From assembly GCA_040954595.2 (NCBI GenBank), contig JBECUI020000031.1:62001-126000 (forward strand): a stretch of DNA of 64,000 nucleotides. Reading direction: 5' to 3'. Under the pieces are notes generated by a model. It saw only the letters and a list, made by a program, of their open reading frames with translations, searched no databases and had not been told where the DNA came from. Shown here one piece after another: positions 1 to 11,284 of the stretch (its first letter is position 1; each line of letters begins with the position of its first letter). Origin of the DNA: Balanoglossus misakiensis. Its lineage: Eukaryota > Animalia > Hemichordata. A program made the translations under genes and the position numbers.

Positions 1-1083
1 ATAGGCAGATTAAATTGCTTAGCGAATTCCCAGTCTCGCTGATCATGGGCGGGTACGGCCATAATGCTTCCAGTGCCATAGGACATCAGTACATATTCAG
101 AAATCCAGATGGGTATCTCGGCTCCGTTTGCAGGATTAATCGCATAGGATCCTGTAAAAATACCGGTTTTTCTCTTCGTTAATTTGCTACGTTCCAATTC
201 TAACTTCGCACAAGCCTGCTTAATGTAGGTTTCTACATTGAAACGGCAATCAGCAGAAATAAGAGAAGCAACCAAGGGATGTTCCGGAGCCAAAACTACA
301 TAGGATACTCCAAAGAGAGTATCCGGTCTGGTAGTAAAAACCTCTATGAATTTTCGGGGATTATCTCCCAAGGGAAATTTAATTAAGGCGCCCTCAGAAC
401 GTCCTATCCAATTTTCTGCATTTGCTTGATGGAAGATGGCCAGTCCAGGTCTTCCAGATTTTCTAAAAGCCGGTCGGCATAGGCTGTAATTTTTAAAACC
501 CATTGCCGTAGGTTACGACGCTCCACAGCCTGGCTACAGCGCTCACATTTCCCATCCCTTTACTTCCTCATTGGCCAGCCCCGTTAAACAGTTGGGACAC
601 CAATTGATGGGCATATCGGTTTCGTAGGCCAAACCTTTTTCCCAAAGTTTAAGAAATATCCACTGGGTCCAGCGGTAGTACTCGGGAGTATGGGTCGCTA
701 ACTTTCTATCCCAATCGTAGCTGAAACCTAAGCTTTTGATTTGTCTGGTAAACTGCTCAGTATTTTTCTCGGTAATAGTCCGGGGGTGAGAAGAGGTTTG
801 GATGGCGTAGTTCTCTGCCGGAAGTCCAAAAGAATCGTAGCCCATAGGATGAAGAACTGTATAACCTTTCATCCGTAGGTAGCGGCAGTAAATATCTGTG
901 GCTGTATAGCCCTTGGGATGCCCTACATGCAGTCCCGATCCCGAAGGATAGGGGAACATATCCAGAATGTACCGGCGTTTTTCCGGCGGTATGCTATTAT
1001 CCTCCACAACCCGAAAAGTTTTTTCTTCTTCCCAATGCTTTTGCCATTTTTTGTTCAATACTTTTGTAGGGATAGGAGCTCAT
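1..1083 (-). CDS. leuS: Leucyl-tRNA synthetase, 5' part (runs off window); three single-base indels that are probably sequencing errors
   Basis: [14 protein letters not shown] (HIGH) motif, [13 protein letters not shown] and NWCPNC. Reading continues in shifted frames ([40 protein letters not shown]). Restored start [14 protein letters not shown] at 1083. Confidence 0.95.
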
Positions 1084-1323
1084 AAGATCAGTTTAAGTAA
1101 TTCCATCGTAAAAATCAAGGACAAGGCAGTTCCAGCAGTAGTGTTTGAGTAAAAATTTTTCCTTATTAAATCAACTAATTATTATTTCCTGGGCAATTTT
1201 TTCTATGGTAATAGTGTACATAGACCTTCTTTTTCTCTACAATATTTTCTTCGGAAGTATCGCCTAAAGTAACTCGGGCGGCGCCTCCCAATTTTTCAGA
1301 GCTGATTTTTGCTGATATAATGC

Positions 1324-2466
1324 GTGGAGGTTTGTTTGGGATTTGTCACGTTCTATTCCATTATGGTTGTTATCGCCGGATCTTGGTTCTTTTTTCTTGC
1401 TCTTAGCAATGCCATCTTCTTTAAATTAAACCGAAGACGTATCTATAAAACAGATGGCCCCTTAGTCTCGGTTCTGATTCCAGCAAGAAATGAGGAAGAA
1501 ACTATCAATATTGTCCTTAAAGAATTGAGGAAACAGACCTATTCTTCCTATGAAGTGTTGGTGATTGATGATAATTCTACTGATAGTACCTGGGCTCTTC
1601 TGGAACAGGAGGCCGCCTCAGACAGCACACTGCAAATTCTTAAAGGTTCCCCCCTTCCTGAAGGCTGGAAGGGGAAACCCTACGCCATGGAACAGCTTGC
1701 CGCTGTAGCCAGAGGAGAAATACTCCTCTTTCTCGATGCCGATATGGAACCGGGTAAGGATCTTATTTCCTGGGTTGTGGGAAACCTGGATTTCCATAAG
1801 GCCGATTCCCTGTCGGGCTACCCTCATCACCGGGCCCGAAGTCTACGGGAATATATCTTTTTTCCTCTCATGTATACCGTCAATATAGGTTTTCTACCCT
1901 TTTGGTGTATAAAGAAATCTAAAACCCCCTTGTTCAGCCATGCCATTGGTCAGATTATGGCTTTTAAAAGAAGGTCTTACGAAGCAGCAGGAGGTTTCAA
2001 GGCAGTACGGGGGAAGATTTTGGAAGATATTCAGATGGGTCGGCACATGAAGGCAAAAGGGTTTCGGCATATCTTTCTGGATGCCAGAGAAGTTCTTTCT
2101 GGATATATGTATGCTTCATGGGAACATCTGGTCTTAGGACAAGAAAGGAATATTTTTGAGTATTTCGATAAGAAAATCTACCCCATTGTCATTCTGTCTG
2201 TTTTCTTACTGTTGTTCTTGATAGCACCACCCTTCCTTACCCTTGTGGGCTTTCTGCTAAAATGGCCAGGAGTTTGGAATATGTTTGCAGGAACTTTGCT
2301 AGCCTTCCTGGCCTGGGCTCTCACCATTTTTGATCGACGCATCCCCTGGTATGTCGCCCTCCCCCTACCCATACAGTTTGCCTACCTTATTTTTTTAGCT
2401 TGGAGATCTGCCATAGATGATCTGACGGGCAAGGGATATCTTTGGAAGGGACGCAAAATAATTTAA
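1324..2466 (+). CDS. GT2-family glycosyltransferase with N- and C-terminal membrane segments
   Basis: VSVLIPARNEE, DDNSTDST, GWKGK, FLDAD and ED motifs; hydrophobic termini. Confidence 0.9.
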   Translation: MEVCLGFVTFYSIMVVIAGSWFFFLALSNAIFFKLNRRRIYKTDGPLVSVLIPARNEEETINIVLKELRKQTYSSYEVLVIDDNSTDSTWALLEQEAASDSTLQILKGSPLPEGWKGKPYAMEQLAAVARGEILLFLDADMEPGKDLISWVVGNLDFHKADSLSGYPHHRARSLREYIFFPLMYTVNIGFLPFWCIKKSKTPLFSHAIGQIMAFKRRSYEAAGGFKAVRGKILEDIQMGRHMKAKGFRHIFLDAREVLSGYMYASWEHLVLGQERNIFEYFDKKIYPIVILSVFLLLFLIAPPFLTLVGFLLKWPGVWNMFAGTLLAFLAWALTIFDRRIPWYVALPLPIQFAYLIFLAWRSAIDDLTGKGYLWKGRKII

Positions 2467-2515
2467 GTAGTGCTTGCCGTCTTGTACCACAGGAATTGCC
2501 GGTGTATAGTGACAC

Positions 2516-3333
2516 ATGAAGAATTTCATATTGATACTTTTAATTCTTCCCATCATTTCACCATGGATATTCGGAGAGGAAACCCTTCCTTCTATAATTC
2601 CGCTAAGAGAAGCTGTATATTTTTCCAATATAGAGGAAGCCACTTTTCTCCGTTCTTTCAACACATTTTTGGAAGACTTGGAAACTCTGGAGCTAAGCAA
2701 TCAAGAAAAAACCTTCTGGCATGCTCAGGCCCTATACTTTGTAGGAAGATTTTATCAGAACTTACCTGATACCGATACCTTTATTGCCTTCTACGAAGAA
2801 AGGCTTAAAGGAAGATTCATGCGTATTAAGCTTTTCTACACCCGCTTGGAAGATAGTGTAGCGGCTTACGAAGAGGGCCTGTCTCTGATGAGCAGCTACC
2901 TAGAAAAAGAACGCAATGCCCGGGGTGTTAGGCTCTACGGCGAAATTCTTAGTCAGCTGGTCACCCTTAAGACTTTAGGGTACTTGTTATCCAATGGTAC
3001 AACTGTGGAAAAGCTTGCCGATGAGGCCATTAAGCTGGATAAAAAGGATGTAAGGGCACTTCTTCTTAAGGCCTCACGTTACGTCTATGCCCCTAAGGGC
3101 ATGGGGAGTAATCCCAGGAAGGGCAAGGCATTACTCTTGGAATCTTGAAACTCAACCCCACAGAACCAGATGATCTTTTCAATATCTACAGTGGTCTCGC
3201 CTATGCCCATGCCCTTTCTCAACAACCAAAGGAAACAAAGTATTGGCTAGAAAAATCTGAAAAAATTTATAACTCGAACATGCTTGTTCTGGGAATGTTT
3301 CAACTTCTTGAAGAAGGGAAATTCAATCCATAA
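2516..3333 (+). CDS. Secreted helical/TPR-like hypothetical protein, split by a frameshift near 3145
   Basis: Signal-peptide-like start MKNFILILLILPIISPW. ORFs 2516-3148 and 3145-3333 abut and continue the helical pattern. Confidence 0.6.
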
Positions 3334-3425
3334 TCTGACTAGGTTGTTCCAGGTGTCAAAAAAAAATCGTAAAAACTAATCCTATAATCAATTGGTCCCC
3401 AGGCTTCCGTTTAGCCAGTTTTTTT

Positions 3426-4118
3426 GTGTACAATTTTACTATCCTTCTGCTCACTATTTTCCTTCCTTTGGTTTATGGCATTAGGGTAAAGGGAAGAAAA
3501 AATTCAAGAAAAGTCAAAAAAGCCCTCCTGGTAGCAAATCACTGCCAATATCTGGAACCGGGTATAAGTGCCTGGGCTGTGTGGCCACGCCGGGTATTCT
3601 TCAGTGCTGAAGAGAACAATGTCACCCGGAAAGATGTGGGGTGGCTGACTAAGCTGGAAGGGGCCTTCGGCATCCCAAAGGATAACCCCATGGCCATTGC
3701 CGGTCCCATTAGGGAGGCCCTGCGGCGAAACTATTTTGTCCATTTCTATCCCGAAGGTGTTTTGAGCTGGCGGAGTCAGGAGCCAGGGCCCTTCTTGGAT
3801 GGTTGTTTCTTTTTTGCTTTTTTTAATAATGTTCCCGTTATTCCCATCACAGAGGTGCTAAAAGAACGCCCCATTCGTCGACTGATTCCCTGGTGGCCGC
3901 CCCAGACAACCTTTGTTATAGGAGAACCTCTTTATCCAGAAACCTTTAGGAAAAAAGGTAGTTCCCGACGGGAACAGGTTCGCCATCTTTCTCTTGCAGT
4001 CCGAAACGTCATAAAGAAGACCATAGAGCAAGAGGGGGGCTGCAGGTTTCTTCCCGAACGGAAAAAAGCAGAATCGATTGAAAAATTTATGATAAAGTCT
4101 CAGGGAGAGTCTTCTTAG
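3426..4118 (+). CDS. Lysophospholipid acyltransferase (PlsC family)
   Basis: ANHCQYLE (NHxxxxD/E block I) and FYPEG (block III) motifs. Confidence 0.8.
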   Translation: MYNFTILLLTIFLPLVYGIRVKGRKNSRKVKKALLVANHCQYLEPGISAWAVWPRRVFFSAEENNVTRKDVGWLTKLEGAFGIPKDNPMAIAGPIREALRRNYFVHFYPEGVLSWRSQEPGPFLDGCFFFAFFNNVPVIPITEVLKERPIRRLIPWWPPQTTFVIGEPLYPETFRKKGSSRREQVRHLSLAVRNVIKKTIEQEGGCRFLPERKKAESIEKFMIKSQGESS

Positions 4119-4212
4119 ACTGACAGGCTTCTCATTCATTTCTATACAGCTGGATTTGGGGCCGAAAAAAGGGGATTTTCCCAACAAGGGCCAACTTATC
4201 CCCAAGTTATTA
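3674..4212 (+). repeat. Direct repeat copy 1 (539 bp; partner 12363-12901)
   Basis: Base-by-base match to 12363-12901 at offset 8689; only about 3 substitutions seen by eye. Confidence 0.95.
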
Positions 4213-4318
4213 GCCATAGATTCCCAAGGATAACGTCTAAGATTTTTTGCACATTGGAGAAATGACATTGAGAAAAATGTCCTCCAATACTGTTCTTTTT
4301 TGGGATATTCCCTTCCCC

Positions 4319-5229
4319 TTATTCTGGATGCTTTGTCATCCCCTCGGGAGGCTTTATAGATTTGACTCCGATGACCAGCACAATCATGGTAATCCCATAA
4401 GGTATAGTTTGAACAAGCTGAGAAGGTATATGGAAATTTTGCAGATAAATTTGCAAGGCCTGGGAAAAGGCAAACACAAGAACAGCGTAAACAATATTTT
4501 TCGGCTCATACTTTGCCAGAATATTAACAACGACAGCAATATAGCCCCGGCCAGCCACCATATCTCGAACAAAAAAATCAACATAGACAATTGAAAGAAA
4601 AACACCTGAAAGTCCCGCCAGAATTCCACATAAAACAACTGCACTAAATTTGTATTTTGTCACGTTTAAACCTAAAACATTAGCAGCACTGGGATTTTCT
4701 CCTATAGAACGAACACGAAGTCCATAAACTGTCTTGTTTAAGAGTATATGTCCTCCGACAAGAAGCAGAATAGTCAGGTAGAAAAAAAGAGACTGTCTGG
4801 CCAAGACGGGACCAATAAAAGGTATAGCTTTGATAAACGAAGGCAAGGGGAATTCGCCGAGGGAAGCCACTGTGGACGAATTGCTACGGCTCCCCCATAG
4901 GACAGACAAGCCCATAGTCGTAGAGGCCAGAACCAGTAAATTTAAAGCAATACCACTGATAACTTGGTTCATTCTGAACTTGACGCTAAAAAGGGCATGG
5001 AGAAAACCTATTAACGCACCCCCTAAAACCCCCACCAAAATACCAATCCCCACGCTGTTTGACAGGTAGGAACCCAACACAGCACAAAAGGCTCCAAAAA
5101 GCATCATTCCTTCCAAGCCCAGAGCCATAACACCGCTGCGGGCGGAGAACACCCCCCCAGAGACGCTAAAGCCAGTGGAATACTGAAAGCGATAGTGGAA
5201 ACCGTTAAAGAAAAAATGATGTCTCCCAT
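4319..5229 (-). CDS. Nucleoside/sugar ABC transporter permease (indel in a G-run near 5155)
   Basis: SARSGVMALGLEGMML, GLRVRSIGENP and AGRGYIA motifs. Upstream ATG at 5229 gives MGDIIFSLTVSTIAFSIPLALASLG in a shifted frame. Confidence 0.88.
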
Positions 5230-5239
5230 TACTTTGCCC

Positions 5240-6322
5240 TTATATGCGGCAATGGAAGCTTTTTCCTACCGGTGAACCGATTAAGATTTTTACAACAGAA
5301 TCTATCAACAACCTGATTATCTGCGGTCCAGCCATAAAGATAATAACCAGTGCCTGAATGACATCAACAAAATCAACAGGTACATCGGTGGTTCTACCCA
5401 AAGACAGAGCACCAGCTCTAAGAGCACCGAAGAAAAGGCCAGAGAAAAGGACTCCCAGCGAATGGTTGACCGCTAACGCAGCCACTGCAATGCCGTCCCA
5501 GCCGTAGCCAGGAGAAAAAGTATCCATGAAACGCTTATCAACCCCCAGGATATGCGAAGCTCCTCCCAGTCCGGCTATCCCGGCACTGAGGGCAAATGTG
5601 ATAATGACTATTCGCCCAACCCGAATTCCTCCTGTTTCTGCTCCTCCAGGATTTAGTCCCACAGCTCTTATTTCAAACCCAAGAGTCGTTTTTCGTAGAA
5701 AAAAGTAGACTAGGAGACAGGCTGTAATAGCAATGAGGAGCCCCACAGTCACTTGGGATCGGGGAAACAACAGAGGAAGCTCCGCTGTTTCAGCCACAGC
5801 TTTCGACTCCGCCGTCCATTCGGTGGCTTTAAGGGGATAGTTTACCAAAAAACTGGTAAAGTAGATAATGACTGAGTTCATCATAATGGTCATTATCACT
5901 TCACTTGTGTCAAATTTTACTTTTAAGTATCCGATAAATGCTCCCATTAATGAAGCCAAAGCAACCGCTACAACCAAGGTAAAAAGGAGATGGATTCCTG
6001 GAGGCATCGGAAGATAGGCACCTACGCAGGCGGCGACTATAGCACCTACATAGAATTGTCCCTCCGTTCCTATGTTGAGTAAACCAGCTTTTGTCCCGAC
6101 AGTGAAGGCTAAACCAGAAAATATTAGTGGAGTGGCTTGAGCCAAAGTCCGCTTTAAGGCTTTAAAGGAACCGATAGATCCGACAACAACCGCTTTATAG
6201 GTTTCCAGAGGGCGATAACCGCTTAGAAGAAGCACTATCCCTCCTAAAACCAGGGCCATTATTAAAGAAATCCCTAATCTCACAAGAGACGAGCTTTTTC
6301 CTATGCTTCTATATTTTATCAT
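5240..6322 (-). CDS. Nucleoside/sugar ABC transporter permease
   Basis: TPLIFSGLA, GLLNIGTEGQF, LGFEIRAVGLNP and GYGWDGIAVA motifs. Confidence 0.9.
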   Translation of the reverse strand: MIKYRSIGKSSSLVRLGISLIMALVLGGIVLLLSGYRPLETYKAVVVGSIGSFKALKRTLAQATPLIFSGLAFTVGTKAGLLNIGTEGQFYVGAIVAACVGAYLPMPPGIHLLFTLVVAVALASLMGAFIGYLKVKFDTSEVIMTIMMNSVIIYFTSFLVNYPLKATEWTAESKAVAETAELPLLFPRSQVTVGLLIAITACLLVYFFLRKTTLGFEIRAVGLNPGGAETGGIRVGRIVIITFALSAGIAGLGGASHILGVDKRFMDTFSPGYGWDGIAVAALAVNHSLGVLFSGLFFGALRAGALSLGRTTDVPVDFVDVIQALVIIFMAGPQIIRLLIDSVVKILIGSPVGKSFHCRI

Positions 6323-6323
6323 T

Positions 6324-7859
6324 TTATACCTTCTTTTCCCAAACTCCGCCAGTCATCAAAAGTCCCAATTCCCGCTCCGTGAAATCGTCCGTAGCCTTTT
6401 CCTTGACTATTTTCCCTTGAAACATAACCATGAGCCGGTCACTAAGAGTACGTATTTCATCCAAATCTGCTGAGATGAGCAAAATCCCCTTCCCCTGATC
6501 CCGCAGATCAAACAGAAGTTTATGGATCATCTCCATCGCTCCCACATCAACACCCCTGGTCGGTTGGGAAATAATAAAAACGTCGGAATTCTCCTGACTG
6601 AAAACCCTGGCTATAACGACTTTCTGCTGATTTCCCCCAGACAGGCTGAAAACATACTCATCAGGAGAACGAGTTTTGACACGGAAGTTTCTAATCAAAT
6701 AGTCCACCCATTTTTTTATAGCCGTGTTTTTGAGTATTCCCCATTTTGTTGCAACTCGTTGTTCATGGTGATAACCAAGAATACTATTCTCTGCGACAGT
6801 CATGGAAAGGATCAGTCCTCTGGAAATTCTGTCTTCGGGAACATGACCGATTCCTTGTTTAATAAACAAATCGGCTTGCCCAGAAATAGGGGCACCTTTT
6901 AACTCCATTTCTCCTTCGTTTGGTGAAAGAAGACCAGTTAAAATTTTCGCAAGCTCCGTCTGTCCGTTCCCTTCCACTCCAGCAATACCAAGTATCTCTC
7001 CCGTTTTCACTTCAAAGGAAATTTTATCAAGAACGATTCTATCTCCGTCAAATAAACTTATTTCTTTAACTTTTAAAAGAGACGCTCCAGTCTTTGTCGC
7101 TCTTCGTCGTATCCCCAAATGGACATCTCGTCCCACCATCAATTCGGCTAAACTGTGGGTGGTCGTGGTCTGATCAACAGGCTCTCCGCAGGAAACCATG
7201 TTTCCGTCCCGCAACACGGAAATTCTATCCGCTAAAGAAAGAGTTTCTTTCAGTTTGTGCGTTATGATAAGGATTGTTTTTCCCTGATCCCTAAGAAGTT
7301 TTAGAACGTTGAAAAGCTGATCGATTTCAGGAGGAGTGAGAACCGCCGTTGGTTCGTCGAGAATAAGTATATCCACGTTTCGGTATAGCAGTTTGATAAT
7401 TTCCACCCGTTGTTTCCCTCCAACCGAAAGCGTATTGACCAGTGCGGAAGGGGCAACGTTGAATTGAAATCGATCTATGATCTCCTGGGTTTTTTTTTCT
7501 GCATTTTCCCCATCGTAAAAAAAATGTTTTTTCCTCGGTTCGACTCCCAGTAGCACATTGTCGGCGACACTCATCCTCTGAACCAGCATAAAGTGCTGGT
7601 GAACCATGCCTATACCAGCGTTGACAGCCTGGCGGGGGGTTTCGGGAAAAAAGGGGGCACCGTCAAGGATGATGCTTCCCTCCTGGGCTGGAGTCATACC
7701 ATAAAGAATTTTCATCAGTGTGGTTTTACCAGCACCGTTTTCTCCCAGAAGAGAATGTATTTCACCTTGTTTAAGAAAAAGATCCACGCCGTTTAAGACT
7801 ATAGAGTCGGGAGAATCATACCATTTAACAATTCCTCTGAGCTCTATTTTATTTTCCAT
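6324..7859 (-). CDS. ABC transporter ATP-binding protein with two NBDs (CUT2 type)
   Basis: GENGAGKTT, LSVGGKQRVEI, DEPT and LSGGNQQK motifs; start taken at MENKIEL. Confidence 0.93.
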   Translation of the reverse strand: MENKIELRGIVKWYDSPDSIVLNGVDLFLKQGEIHSLLGENGAGKTTLMKILYGMTPAQEGSIILDGAPFFPETPRQAVNAGIGMVHQHFMLVQRMSVADNVLLGVEPRKKHFFYDGENAEKKTQEIIDRFQFNVAPSALVNTLSVGGKQRVEIIKLLYRNVDILILDEPTAVLTPPEIDQLFNVLKLLRDQGKTILIITHKLKETLSLADRISVLRDGNMVSCGEPVDQTTTTHSLAELMVGRDVHLGIRRRATKTGASLLKVKEISLFDGDRIVLDKISFEVKTGEILGIAGVEGNGQTELAKILTGLLSPNEGEMELKGAPISGQADLFIKQGIGHVPEDRISRGLILSMTVAENSILGYHHEQRVATKWGILKNTAIKKWVDYLIRNFRVKTRSPDEYVFSLSGGNQQKVVIARVFSQENSDVFIISQPTRGVDVGAMEMIHKLLFDLRDQGKGILLISADLDEIRTLSDRLMVMFQGKIVKEKATDDFTERELGLLMTGGVWEKKV

Positions 7860-7884
7860 GTCACCGCAACCCCCCGCGCATTTC

Positions 7885-8976
7885 CTACCGTTTAAGACTG
7901 TTTTCAGCCACCCAGGAATCAACATTTTCTATTTTGTCTGGTAGTTGGAGCTCTCCTGAAAGGATTTTTGCCTCAATCTCTTTAACTCGATCAACTATAT
8001 CCTGGGGAAGGTTTACGTTGCTGTTTTCTGTTGTATAACCCACCACCCCATCAACTAGACCTAATCGGGAGGCTCCGGCCTTCCAGACGCCTTCAATCGT
8101 ATCTTTAATTTGTGAATAAACAATAAAGTCAACTTTTCTCAAGGCGGTGGCTATAATATGATCCGAATTGATTGTGTTCTGATTGGGACCGATTCCATAG
8201 GCATACCTTTGGGCATCCGCAGCACTGTTAAAAACGCCCAGTCCTGTCCCTCCGGCAATGTGAAGTATCTGATCAACGCCAAGATCATAAAGCTGATCCG
8301 CCTGCGCCTTTCCTGTCGCCGGATCGTTAAAGCTGCCAGCCACCAGGTTAAAGGTTTCTATCTCTGGATCAATATAGCGGGCACCGGCGAAAAAACCAGC
8401 CACTCCAGCTCTCAGATGAGGAGAGTCCATACCCAGAATAGTTCCCACTTTTTTCTCTTGAAGATTAACCAGGGGGAGTCTCTCGTCTGAGGTGATCAGT
8501 CCGGCCAAAACCCCGGTTAAAAAAGTTTGATCTTCAAAACGGGTTGTTATGGAAGAAACGTTAACCAAACCTTCCGCCGAACCATCTATTAAAGCAAAAT
8601 TCTGTTCAGGGTATTCTGCGGCTATCTTCTTTACAGCGTTTTCCTGATTAAACCCTAAAGCCACCAGAAGAGCGTATTCTTCCGAATCGGCGAATAACCG
8701 CAATTGAGCTTCATAATCACTGACCGATTTAGGCTCGCTGATGTCAAAGTCAACGCCAAATTCTTTTTTGGCTCTTTCCATTCCAGCGTACCCCATGTCA
8801 TTAAAGTTTTTGTCTCCCAAACCGCCTATATCGAGCATCAGACCAAAACGTAAGCCTTTTTCTTCGATCTGGGGGGGGCCTTCTGATTCTCCCGACGATT
8901 TCTTCGCACAGGCGGACAAAAGAAAAAAGCTGGCAAGAACTGCCACAACGATAGATACTAATTTAAGAACTTTCAT
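7885..8976 (-). CDS. BMP-family ABC substrate-binding lipoprotein
   Basis: Lipobox LLSAC, GGLGDKNFN, GSFNDPATGK and AGGTGLGVF motifs; RBS GGAGG before MKVLK. Confidence 0.9.
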   Translation of the reverse strand: MKVLKLVSIVVAVLASFFLLSACAKKSSGESEGPPQIEEKGLRFGLMLDIGGLGDKNFNDMGYAGMERAKKEFGVDFDISEPKSVSDYEAQLRLFADSEEYALLVALGFNQENAVKKIAAEYPEQNFALIDGSAEGLVNVSSITTRFEDQTFLTGVLAGLITSDERLPLVNLQEKKVGTILGMDSPHLRAGVAGFFAGARYIDPEIETFNLVAGSFNDPATGKAQADQLYDLGVDQILHIAGGTGLGVFNSAADAQRYAYGIGPNQNTINSDHIIATALRKVDFIVYSQIKDTIEGVWKAGASRLGLVDGVVGYTTENSNVNLPQDIVDRVKEIEAKILSGELQLPDKIENVDSWVAENSLKR

Positions 8977-8996
8977 AATAGTTCCTCCTTGCATAG

Positions 8997-10459
8997 TTAT
9001 GCTTCTTGGAGAGTATCCAGATACTCTCCAAGAGCAGGAGGCAGATTTCCGTAATAAGAATCGTCGTCAAAAACAGACCGATCCAGTAGTTTCTGCCCCA
9101 GTTTCAACAAACCTAAACCTTCGATCCTCTCCCCTGTGTCAAAAGGATCCTCTGTTTTTGCTATCCATTCTGACAGAAGGATCTCCATCTCTTTCTCTGT
9201 AGCGGAAAATTTAGCATTCCCTGCTAAGTTGTTCATCTCCCAGGGGTCTTTCTCCCTATCCACAAGAAACTTTTTCCCTCGGGGATGTTTCCAGCGGGCA
9301 TAGGTGTATCGGCTATTTCTGACCCCTCGCCACATACCTACCCACTCCGTCCTGTTGGGCCAGCCTGTGGCCAGATTCTGCAAATAAACCGAGTCTTCTG
9401 GCGGTTCTTCTGCTTCCGCAATAGCTCTGGAGTGATTTTTCCCCTGACAATCAGGAGAGTCAAACCCACAAAGTCCCAGCAGAGTAGGCATCACATCGAC
9501 GCTACTAAAGAAACCGGTATAACGGTTGTTCTCCCTCCGTATATCTGGTCTCGCATTAAGAACGGGATGTGAACGGATTCTTCATAGGGTGTGCCTTTGG
9601 AGGCCCGCATGGAGGGGTGCAGCCAGGTAAAACCAGGTTGTCCATAACCGTGCGCTCCGATATGATCGCCGTGATCCGAAGTAAAACAGATGAGTGTCTT
9701 GTCGTATATCTTACTTTTTTTCAAGTAGTCGATTAACCGCCCAAAATAATCATCCAGAGAGGTTATCATGGCGTAGTAATCTGCCAACTCTCTTCTTTCA
9801 AAAGGCTCAAATTGGCAGGGGACGTTGGCCCCTACTTCAATTTTCTCAGGGTCGTAAATATCGTATTGGCGGGGATAGATACCGTACCAACGATTCCTAC
9901 CGTTATCCTTAATATTAGGCCCCCAAGAGGGATGAGGCGGTCCCCAGGAAAGGAAAAGTGCAAAAGGATTATCTCCCTGCTCTTCCATGTAGTGTATTGC
10001 CAGGTCTGTCTCCTTTTCCGGGGCATAGCTCACCATAGGAAAAGCGCCTTTTTCGTTGTGCCAGTAATGTGTTTCATAGTAATCATGCGTACAATTATAG
10101 GCGTAGAGATGATCAAAGCCATAACGCTTATCTTTCGAATAAGGTCCATAGCCTAAATGCCATTTTCCTATATAACTTGTACCATAACCATGTTTTTTTA
10201 GTATTTGCGCCATGGTTACCTGCTCCCTGTCGAGAGCGTATTCGTTGCAAATAACCTTATTTCTATGAGAGTAATTTCCTGTAAGTAACTGCCCCCGATA
10301 AGGGGCACAGACAGGACAGCTGCTGAAGGCGTTGTCAAAAACCGTTCCTTCAGCCATAAAACGATCAAGGTTGGGTGTCTTAACATGTCTATTTCCATTA
10401 CCCGCCAAACCGTTGTAGCGCAATTGATCTGCAAAAACAAAGACTATATTTTTCTTCAT
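8997..10459 (-). CDS. Formylglycine-dependent sulfatase (frameshift near 9500)
   Basis: NIVFVFADQ, CAPYRGQLLTG (CxPxR), GKWHLG, SDHG and YEESVHIPF motifs. The C-terminus (MPTLLGL, WRGVR, DPWEMNNLA) is in ORF 8997-9494. Confidence 0.9.
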
Positions 10460-10577
10460 TCTTCTTATCCCCTTAAATAAACGCTCCCACCATTTCCCCC
10501 TCTTCTATAAGAAATGGAATTATGTGTTAGTCAGAATAACTTGGTAACTTTGTACAGATACATGCCTGCTCTCTACA

Positions 10578-10892
10578 TTATCCTATTCGACTTTTAGTTC
10601 CCATAAAGCCCACGTCATTGACCTTCCCCACCGTGTCGGGCAAGATTTCAAACATCCTTGCATGGGCCTTATTCGCTTTTATATATGGCTGATCAATAAG
10701 GCTAGGGTCATAGGGGTTGCCAAATTCAGGATCGCCTCTATGAAAACTTCTCGTATGATCAGTCAGACAAGGTCCTATATTCATGAAGTGATGCTCATGG
10801 AGTACTCCATCGTCCCAAGCAAAATACTCAGCCTTTCCTGTTTTAGAAGAATAGTACTGTCCGCAGTAACCTTTCCCTGCCCAAAAGTCCAA
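10578..10892 (-). CDS. Hypothetical protein or gene remnant
   Basis: ORF on the same strand between the regulator and the sulfatase. An upstream AGGAGG near 11010-11020 is followed by a broken frame. Confidence 0.35.
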   Translation of the reverse strand: MDFWAGKGYCGQYYSSKTGKAEYFAWDDGVLHEHHFMNIGPCLTDHTRSFHRGDPEFGNPYDPSLIDQPYIKANKAHARMFEILPDTVGKVNDVGFMGTKSRIG

Positions 10893-11284
10893 GACAGCTT
10901 AACTTTATTTAAGGCCAGATCCACTTCATATTTGTTTAAACTGGATGTATTATTTTTAGCCAATACGATACCAGCTGTCAGAAACAGTCTGGAAGCTTTC
11001 AGTATGTTTACTCCTCCTCATTGTTTTTTATGAAGCTCCCTGTTATCTTGGGCAGTGTCGCCTCCAGATTTCGGAATCAGCACGAAAGTCACGACATTCA
11101 CACCGCACAGAACAACATTCAGAGTCTTATATAAGGTAGGGAGCCCCAAGAATGTCCCTTTAAATTATCTTTATAAATGAATCTTGAAGAAAGTTTCATT
11201 TACAAGTTTCACATACATGACATGGTTGTAACATTTTTACCTAATAATGTCAACTGTTTTAGTTTCTTCTTAGTTTATGCTTTG

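Noticed and set aside
1-1083. leuS pseudogene
   Set aside because: Essential gene with intact motifs; the breaks are single-base homopolymer indels typical of long-read error.
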